Translations under genes and position numbers: made by a program
DNA from: Candidatus Multivoradales bacterium
Lineage (GTDB): Bacteria; Acidobacteriota; Thermoanaerobaculia; Multivoradales; J023
Length of the DNA: 64,000 nucleotides
Reading direction: 5' to 3'
Assembly (NCBI GenBank): GCA_965248925.1
Contig: CBDFLE010000005.1
Location: 416,001-480,000, forward strand
Shown here: in pieces, positions 58,271 through 64,000 of the stretch
Layout: each line of letters begins with the position of its first letter
How positions within the stretch are numbered: position 1 is the stretch's first letter
The notes under the pieces: generated by a model
What the model was told of the DNA's origin: nothing
The model's input: only the letters and a program-made list of their open reading frames with translations
Database searches by the model: none

Positions 58271-60982
58271 TCACTGATTTGATGAAAGGTCTTGCTCAAG
58301 GGCTGGGTCCATAACAACCCGCAAACCCACGTACTCAGCAGCCGCGGGTGTGCTGTTGTCGTCGGGCCGCTCAGCGCTGGCGCCGATGACAATGCCCGTG
58401 CCGTCTTCATCGACCGCCCACTCGGCGGCATTGCCATCGAGGTCGAAGACCATCGGTTTGCCCTGGCCACTCAAAGTTCCCACCGGCAGCAACAGCGGCG
58501 CGGTGCCGGGTAGATTGTTGCTGGCGGCGGTGAGCCGTGCGGCGTCGGCGGGGTTGGGCGCGTAGCCCGCCCAGCGGTCGAGGGTGTTGCCGCCTTTGCC
58601 AGCGATTTTTTCGGCCTCGTCGCGAGTGGGCAGGCGGAAGGCTCGTCCGGTGCGCCGGGCCAGGCGCTGGACGTATTCCTGCGCTTGCTCGAAGGTCAGA
58701 CCGGTGGCTGGGTAGTTGCCGTCGGTGGCTGCCGCGGCACTGCCGTCGATAGCTGCGAGCTGGGCACGGGTGAGTTCGAAACGGCCGATTTGCATTCGCT
58801 TGTAGAGCACTGTCTCGGGCACCAGCAGGCCCTGGTGGTCGGTGCCGTAGAAGTCGCCTTGGCGAGCGGCTGCTTGGCGGGCTAACAGCGCGCTCAGCAG
58901 CGAACCGTCGGCCAAGTGTGAAGTCTCTTGGAGTGGTTTGTTGAACAGGTATTGGTCGAACCAGGCGAGGTCTTCTTGCAGCTTGCGGCGCTGGTGGGCG
59001 GGTTGGCGCAGGCCGTGGGGTTCTCCGGGGTAGACCGCCAGCCGTGCTGGCGCTTTGCCGATCTGCTGCAAGGCGCGGAACAACGACCAGCTTTGGTGTG
59101 GCGGCACGTTCACATCCTCTGTGCCGGTGTGGATCAGGGTGGCCGCGGTCACTTTTCCGAGGCGGAAGAAGGGCGATTTTTCGATGTAGACCTCGAGCTT
59201 CTCCCACGGCGGGCCACCGAAGTAGTAATTATCGAACGAGGCGCCGAAGTCGACATTGGCCCAGTCGCTGATCCACTCGACATCGGCGGCGCCCACCGAG
59301 GCGGCTTTGAAGCGTGGGTCCACGGTGATCAGCTCGGCGCTGAGAATGCCGCCATTGGACCAGCCCACGGTGCCCATCTGTTCCGGATCGACCAAGCCTT
59401 CGTCGATCAGCATTTTGACTCCGGACAGCAAGTCGGGAATCTCCAGCTCGTAGTAGCGCTCGCGAATCGACTCGACCCATTCGAGGCCGTAGCCGGCCGA
59501 ACCGTGGTAGTTGACTTGCAGCACGAAGGCACCGCGTTGCCGCCACAGGATGTTGGCGCCGGCGTAGCGTTCACTCCAAGTGTCGCGATCGGTGCCGGCA
59601 GGGCCGCCATGGATGTCTAAGATCAGCGGCTGCCGCTCGCCTTCCTGCCAATCGAGGGGGTAGTGCAGCAAGCCCTCGACTTGCTCGTCGAGGGCGCCGG
59701 TCCAATGCCGCACTTCGACCCGGCCAGTGGGTTTGTCGGCGAAGCTCAGGTTGAGTTCAGTCAACTGTTGGCCGCTGCCTAGGTGCTGACCTTCTAGGCT
59801 GGCGACGAACCACTGCGGCGGGCGGGTAGCGCTGGAGTTGCGATAGACCACCGTGCCGCCGTCGCGGCTGGCTCGCCAGTTGTCGAGATGGACGATGTCG
59901 TCGCCGCTGAGGTCGAGCCGTCGCCAGCCGTCGCCGTGGCGTTCGATCAGTGCTGGCCGATAGTGGATGCCGTCGGCAAGCAAGGCGAGTACACCTCGCT
60001 CAGTGACGGCGAAGCCGCGGCCAATGCCGCGGGGCCAGTCCATATCGACCTGCTCACTTTGGCGATTGCTGAGACCGTAGTGCCAAAGCTGGCTGATCGC
60101 CGCGGCTGAGTATTGGGGATGGGTGTTGTACTCCTCGGTGTAGAAGAAGCTCTGCGAATTCGGCTGCCAGGCTAATCCGTCCGGCGGTCGCCGAGAGCCA
60201 TCGAAAAGAGTCTCCATCTGGCCACTGTCAAGGTCGACCAGGTAGGTTTTGGGCGCCACCTTCTCGTCGAATTGATAGGACAGACTCTGCGCCGCTACCA
60301 CCACCGCCCGCTGCCCGTCAGGGGATATCGCCAGGTCGACAATCCAATCTTCGTTGTCGGTCAGCCGCTTTGCCTTGCCCTCCAGGTCGAGGCGAAAAAG
60401 GCGTACCGGTGCCTGATGCTCGGCATCGTCGACAATCCGCGTATCGTCTTTGGTTTTCTTGCGTTCGGCGTGCCAGCGACTAGGCGACTCTTCGGCCACG
60501 GCGATCAGCTGCTGGCTACCAGCCCAGCCAAAGTCCTGCACCGGTCGGTCGAGATGGCTGAGAGCGAAGGCCTCGCCACCAGCCAGCGGCAGCAGCCAAA
60601 TCTGCGGCCGGGTTTCCTTGCTGATCTTCTTCTGGTCGGCGGGCGACTGGCGATTCGAGAGGAAGGCGAGGTAGCGGCCATCGGGGGAGAAGCGGGGCGA
60701 CGACACCCGGTCGCCGCCGCGGGTCAGCTGGCGTCTCTCGGCGGTTTCCAAGTCGCTCCACCAGAGCTCCACTAGCTGCTTGTCTTCACCCTTCATGGTG
60801 GCGATGCGCGAGCGCACCCAAGCCGCTTGCCGGCCGTCGGCGGAGAGCACCCAGCTGCGGGCTCGTTCGGTGTGGATCAGCGCTTCGATTGTCCATTCGG
60901 GCGCCGCTGAGACGGCGCTGCTAGTGGTCAGAACGAGGGCAATCAGCAATGGAGTCACGGCGTTCACATACATCTGTCGCAA
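58271..60982 (-). CDS. Exported S9 (prolyl oligopeptidase family) peptidase fused to a C-terminal FGE-sulfatase (SUMF1-like) domain
   Basis: Signal peptide, PD40-like propeller 'SPRFSPDG', 'HGGP', 'GWSNGG', 'GEPHG'; then 'IGRFELT...FRLPTRDEAE...DLDGNAAEW...GLRVV'. Confidence 0.88.
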   Translation of the reverse strand: MRQMYVNAVTPLLIALVLTTSSAVSAAPEWTIEALIHTERARSWVLSADGRQAAWVRSRIATMKGEDKQLVELWWSDLETAERRQLTRGGDRVSSPRFSPDGRYLAFLSNRQSPADQKKISKETRPQIWLLPLAGGEAFALSHLDRPVQDFGWAGSQQLIAVAEESPSRWHAERKKTKDDTRIVDDAEHQAPVRLFRLDLEGKAKRLTDNEDWIVDLAISPDGQRAVVVAAQSLSYQFDEKVAPKTYLVDLDSGQMETLFDGSRRPPDGLAWQPNSQSFFYTEEYNTHPQYSAAAISQLWHYGLSNRQSEQVDMDWPRGIGRGFAVTERGVLALLADGIHYRPALIERHGDGWRRLDLSGDDIVHLDNWRASRDGGTVVYRNSSATRPPQWFVASLEGQHLGSGQQLTELNLSFADKPTGRVEVRHWTGALDEQVEGLLHYPLDWQEGERQPLILDIHGGPAGTDRDTWSERYAGANILWRQRGAFVLQVNYHGSAGYGLEWVESIRERYYELEIPDLLSGVKMLIDEGLVDPEQMGTVGWSNGGILSAELITVDPRFKAASVGAADVEWISDWANVDFGASFDNYYFGGPPWEKLEVYIEKSPFFRLGKVTAATLIHTGTEDVNVPPHQSWSLFRALQQIGKAPARLAVYPGEPHGLRQPAHQRRKLQEDLAWFDQYLFNKPLQETSHLADGSLLSALLARQAAARQGDFYGTDHQGLLVPETVLYKRMQIGRFELTRAQLAAIDGSAAAATDGNYPATGLTFEQAQEYVQRLARRTGRAFRLPTRDEAEKIAGKGGNTLDRWAGYAPNPADAARLTAASNNLPGTAPLLLPVGTLSGQGKPMVFDLDGNAAEWAVDEDGTGIVIGASAERPDDNSTPAAAEYVGLRVVMDPALEQDLSSNQ

Positions 60983-61038
60983 TCCTCTCTGCCGCGGCCG
61001 GCAGTAGGGTGATGTTGGGGACGGGGCCGGTACCGGGG

Positions 61039-62376
61039 TCAGTTCCAGCTCAGTAGGGTCAGGTGCAGGGAGTCTTTGATCAGCAGTCCATTTTCGACCA
61101 AGGCTGGCTGTGTCCAGGTGGCGCTGTCGGCGACCGAATAACCGGCCAATCGGCGAAACTGGTCGCGCCCCTGGGCGGTGACCAGCAGTTCACCGCGATC
61201 GGTCAAGATCAGTAATCGCTGATCGACGGCGATCAGCGCCGCCTGATCAGCCTGCCGCGGTTCACTCTCCCAGAACGATTTTCCGGTGCGGGGATCGAGG
61301 GCGAAGTAGCGCCCTTTATCGCGCTTGGTCAGTCCATAGAGAATCCCGCCGTCGATCACCGGGCTCGACATGTACATCGGCAGATCCGGGCGCTGCCAGT
61401 CCTGCTCGACTACAAAGTCCTCGCCCTGGCGGAAGATCTTCAACGCCAAGGTGCCACGGCGAACGCCAGAGAAGAACAGGCGTCCCTCGTGATAGATCGG
61501 CGAGACGATGTTCTCATTCCATTCATCGGTGAAAGGCAGGCTCCACAGCAACTCACCGGTGGCCAGACGTAGGCCGATGGCCGAGCGGCTGGTGAGCGTG
61601 ACTAGCTGCCGCACCCCAGCCAGATCGACGACAATGGGAGAAGCATATCCTGGGCCGCTGCCGGTCCAGCGCCACCGCTCCTCACCGCTCGCGGCGTCGA
61701 AAGCGATCAGCGCGCCGGCGCGGTCGTCGCCGAGGTGGGCCAGCAGCATGCCGTCGGCGACAATCGGCGAGGCGGCGCTGCCGCAAAAGAGCTTCTTGGA
61801 AGTGACGTTCTCGGAGTAGTCAAGACGCCACAACACCTTGCCACTCAAGGTGTCGATGGCCGACAGCATGCCGCTGGTGCCCAAGGTGTAGAGCCGGCCG
61901 TCGGCGACCACCGGCGTCGCGAAGGGTCCTTCGCCATGGGCGAGAGCGTAGGAGTTGCGGGCGAAAGGAGCGACGTAGCGTCCCCACCACAGCTGGTGGC
62001 CGTCACTGAGGCGAAAAGCCGCCACCGCTTCGCGATCGCCATCCCGAGTGTGAATAAAGACCCGCTCGTCGGCGACCACCGGTGAAGAATAGCCCTCACC
62101 AACCCGAACTCGCCACACCTGGCGTAGTTCCTCGGGCAGCTGCTGTGGTGGCTGGTGGGTTTTTGCCTTGCCGCTGCGGCTGCCACCGCGCCACTGATTC
62201 CAATCTTCCGCCGCGCAGGGCAGGGTGAGGAACCCAGCGAGCAAGAAGCCGGCAAGCGGCCGCATGATCGTCACCAAAGGCCGGCTCGGGGCAACCAATC
62301 GTGGTGGACTGAACAAGAAATCTCCTTTCATGGGCGCTACCGGGACCGCAGGGTGCTCAAGTTGTGCGTTACTCAC
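61039..62376 (-). CDS. PQQ-like beta-propeller repeat protein (BamB-like)
   Basis: 'WNQWRG', 'GYSSPVV', repeated 'A.D..SG...W'; start uncertain. Confidence 0.85.
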   Translation of the reverse strand: MSNAQLEHPAVPVAPMKGDFLFSPPRLVAPSRPLVTIMRPLAGFLLAGFLTLPCAAEDWNQWRGGSRSGKAKTHQPPQQLPEELRQVWRVRVGEGYSSPVVADERVFIHTRDGDREAVAAFRLSDGHQLWWGRYVAPFARNSYALAHGEGPFATPVVADGRLYTLGTSGMLSAIDTLSGKVLWRLDYSENVTSKKLFCGSAASPIVADGMLLAHLGDDRAGALIAFDAASGEERWRWTGSGPGYASPIVVDLAGVRQLVTLTSRSAIGLRLATGELLWSLPFTDEWNENIVSPIYHEGRLFFSGVRRGTLALKIFRQGEDFVVEQDWQRPDLPMYMSSPVIDGGILYGLTKRDKGRYFALDPRTGKSFWESEPRQADQAALIAVDQRLLILTDRGELLVTAQGRDQFRRLAGYSVADSATWTQPALVENGLLIKDSLHLTLLSWN

Positions 62377-62434
62377 TACTTTAGCAGTCAGCGGCTGAAT
62401 ACTGGGGCGGCCCGCTCACCTTGCCGCAGGCGAC

Positions 62435-63748
62435 CTAGCGACTGGCCTTGTCGAGTACATCGCCAACCGTAGTAGCCGCTTGCAGACAGTCGGCAATGCT
62501 GACCCCATGTAGCCAGTTGCCGAGCACCCGCAGACCGGGGTGGGCACCCTCCACTGCGGCGACTCCTCGCCGTATATTTTCTTGGCCCGTCGTCGGTTGG
62601 GGGATGCCGGGTCGCCAGCGGGTGATGGTGCTGAATACCGGCTCGGCGCTGAGCTCTAGCAACGGACGCAGATCGGCTACCACTCTCTGGCATAGGGTGT
62701 TGTCGTCCAGTTCGAGCAGCTCCGGCCGCGCCCGCCCGCCGACGATCACGGTCAAAGCGGTAGCACCACTCGGCGCGGTGTCAGGGAAGAGGGAAGAGCT
62801 GAACAAACAGCCAAGGACAGAGCGCTTTTCCTTGGCCGGCGCGAGAAAACCGAAGCCGTCCAGCGGATGGCCGACAGTGCCCGCGGCGAAGCCGAGACCG
62901 AGGGTCGCCACCGACGCATGTAGCGGCGTCGGCCATTTCGCCCCCAGGGGACGGAGCAGCCGCGCGCTGGCAGCCGCCGGTAGGGCGGTTACCAAACGCC
63001 TGCTGCTGAACTGCTCGCCGCTGGCGCTGGTCACCAAGAAGCCTTCACCGCTGTGCTCGATGGTGTTCGCCAGACAGCCGTAGCGCACTTGCAGTGGCTC
63101 GGCCAAGCGCCGCGCCAGGTGGCCAAAGCCACCGCGAAAACCCACCAACTGGCGTCGGGGAGCGCCTTTGGCGGTTTTCACCATTCCTCGCAGCAAGCTG
63201 CCCCAGCGTTGCTCTAAATCGAAGAGCCGTGGATAGGCTTCGCTGAGAGTCAGTTCGTCGGCATCGCCAGCGTAAATGCCGTAGACCAGGGCGTCGGCAA
63301 AATTGACCGCCGCCTCCGACCCCAGGCGGCGGCTGAGGAAAGCGCGCACTGATTCCTCGCTCTTAGTGCCGCGACGTTGCAGGGGTTCGGCCAGCAGCCG
63401 GAGTCGGCCACGCAGAGAGAGCAGGGGAGTGCGGAGCAGGGTGAGGGCCGAGCTGGGTAGTGCTTGCAACTGGCCGCCGTGCACCAAATAGCGCTTCTTG
63501 GACGCTGCTGCTGCTGGCTGCAAGTCGCCGGCACATCCGGCGGCGATGCACAGCTCTTCGAGGAGCGGACTACGGAACAGGGTGTTAGGGCCGGTCTCGA
63601 AGCGGAAGCCCATACCTTCGCGGTTCCCCATGGTGCCACCGGGACCTTTTTCCGCCTCCAGAAGCTGAGGTTCCAGGCCCATTTTGCGCAACTGATAGGC
63701 GGCGGCCAAACCGCTGATTCCGGCGCCGAGAATGAGTGCATCGTGCAT
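62435..63748 (-). CDS. hemY: Protoporphyrinogen/coproporphyrinogen oxidase (HemY type)
   Basis: 'GAGISGL', 'FETGPNT', 'GIYAGD', 'DGFGFL', 'GVSIADC'; follows hemE. Confidence 0.92.
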   Translation of the reverse strand: MHDALILGAGISGLAAAYQLRKMGLEPQLLEAEKGPGGTMGNREGMGFRFETGPNTLFRSPLLEELCIAAGCAGDLQPAAAASKKRYLVHGGQLQALPSSALTLLRTPLLSLRGRLRLLAEPLQRRGTKSEESVRAFLSRRLGSEAAVNFADALVYGIYAGDADELTLSEAYPRLFDLEQRWGSLLRGMVKTAKGAPRRQLVGFRGGFGHLARRLAEPLQVRYGCLANTIEHSGEGFLVTSASGEQFSSRRLVTALPAAASARLLRPLGAKWPTPLHASVATLGLGFAAGTVGHPLDGFGFLAPAKEKRSVLGCLFSSSLFPDTAPSGATALTVIVGGRARPELLELDDNTLCQRVVADLRPLLELSAEPVFSTITRWRPGIPQPTTGQENIRRGVAAVEGAHPGLRVLGNWLHGVSIADCLQAATTVGDVLDKASR

Positions 63749-63786
63749 CGTTAGACGAGCGAGGTTGTGGTCTCGGGGCGGGGCTC

Positions 63787-64000
63787 TTAGCGCATGGTGG
63801 TGGAGCCGGCGTGCACCGCATCGACGAACGCGCGGGCGTTCTCTACTGGCGTCGTCGGCAGAATGCCGTGTCCTAGATTGGCGATGTGCGGCCCTCCACC
63901 GGCAGCTTGCAACAGGTCTTCGACCCGCGCCTCGATGCTCTCTCGGGTGCCCAATAGAGCCGTGGGATCGAGATTCCCTTGCAGGGTCTTGCCCGGCCCG
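63787..64000 (-). CDS. hemE: Uroporphyrinogen decarboxylase, C-terminal part (not in the ORF track; 5' end lies outside the window)
   Basis: Manual translation 'LQGNLDPTALL...HIANLGHGILPTTPVENARAFVDAVH...MR*'. Confidence 0.92.
   Translation of the reverse strand, partial: GPGKTLQGNLDPTALLGTRESIEARVEDLLQAAGGGPHIANLGHGILPTTPVENARAFVDAVHAGSTTMR

Noticed and set aside
58271-58900. FGE/C-type-lectin domain as a diversity-generating retroelement target
   Set aside because: No reverse transcriptase and no template repeat seen in the window

Overview
GC-rich bacterial chromosomal window. An Acidobacteriota origin is an inference, mainly from two tandem secreted 'VWFA-related' proteins. The housekeeping backbone is leuS, class II DAHP synthase, murJ, a split hydantoinase/5-oxoprolinase with an NRAMP-type permease, trmL, trxB, an AAA+/VWA pair, mscS, an SSS symporter, hemY and the 3' end of hemE. 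Four accessory patches interrupt it. (1) 2.5-11 kb: a Phd/VapC toxin-antitoxin pair, then a co-oriented three-gene unit encoding a carbon-nitrogen hydrolase (nitrilase fold, E-K-C triad), a winged-helix protein and a 1713-aa NLR-like protein. That protein carries a KGGVGR ParA/MinD-like ATPase, an Mrr-like nuclease, NACHT, pentapeptide repeats and 14 WD40 repeats, about 11.5 of which are near-identical 126-bp units varying mainly at predicted ligand-face codons. This is the best candidate for an undescribed system. (2) 41-45 kb: a RloC/Rad50-like ABC ATPase cleanly split by an IS4 element (21-bp TIRs, 9-bp TSD). (3) 46.5-54.3 kb: a FecR-like exported protein paired with a membrane CHASE2 receptor whose output is a TIR domain, plus an S8 protease/alpha-beta hydrolase pair. 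(4) 54.7-58.2 kb: a nest of IS1380, ISL3, IS256 and IS1182/IS5-like elements. No rRNA, tRNA or CRISPR array was seen. All family calls are by motif recognition; no searches were run.
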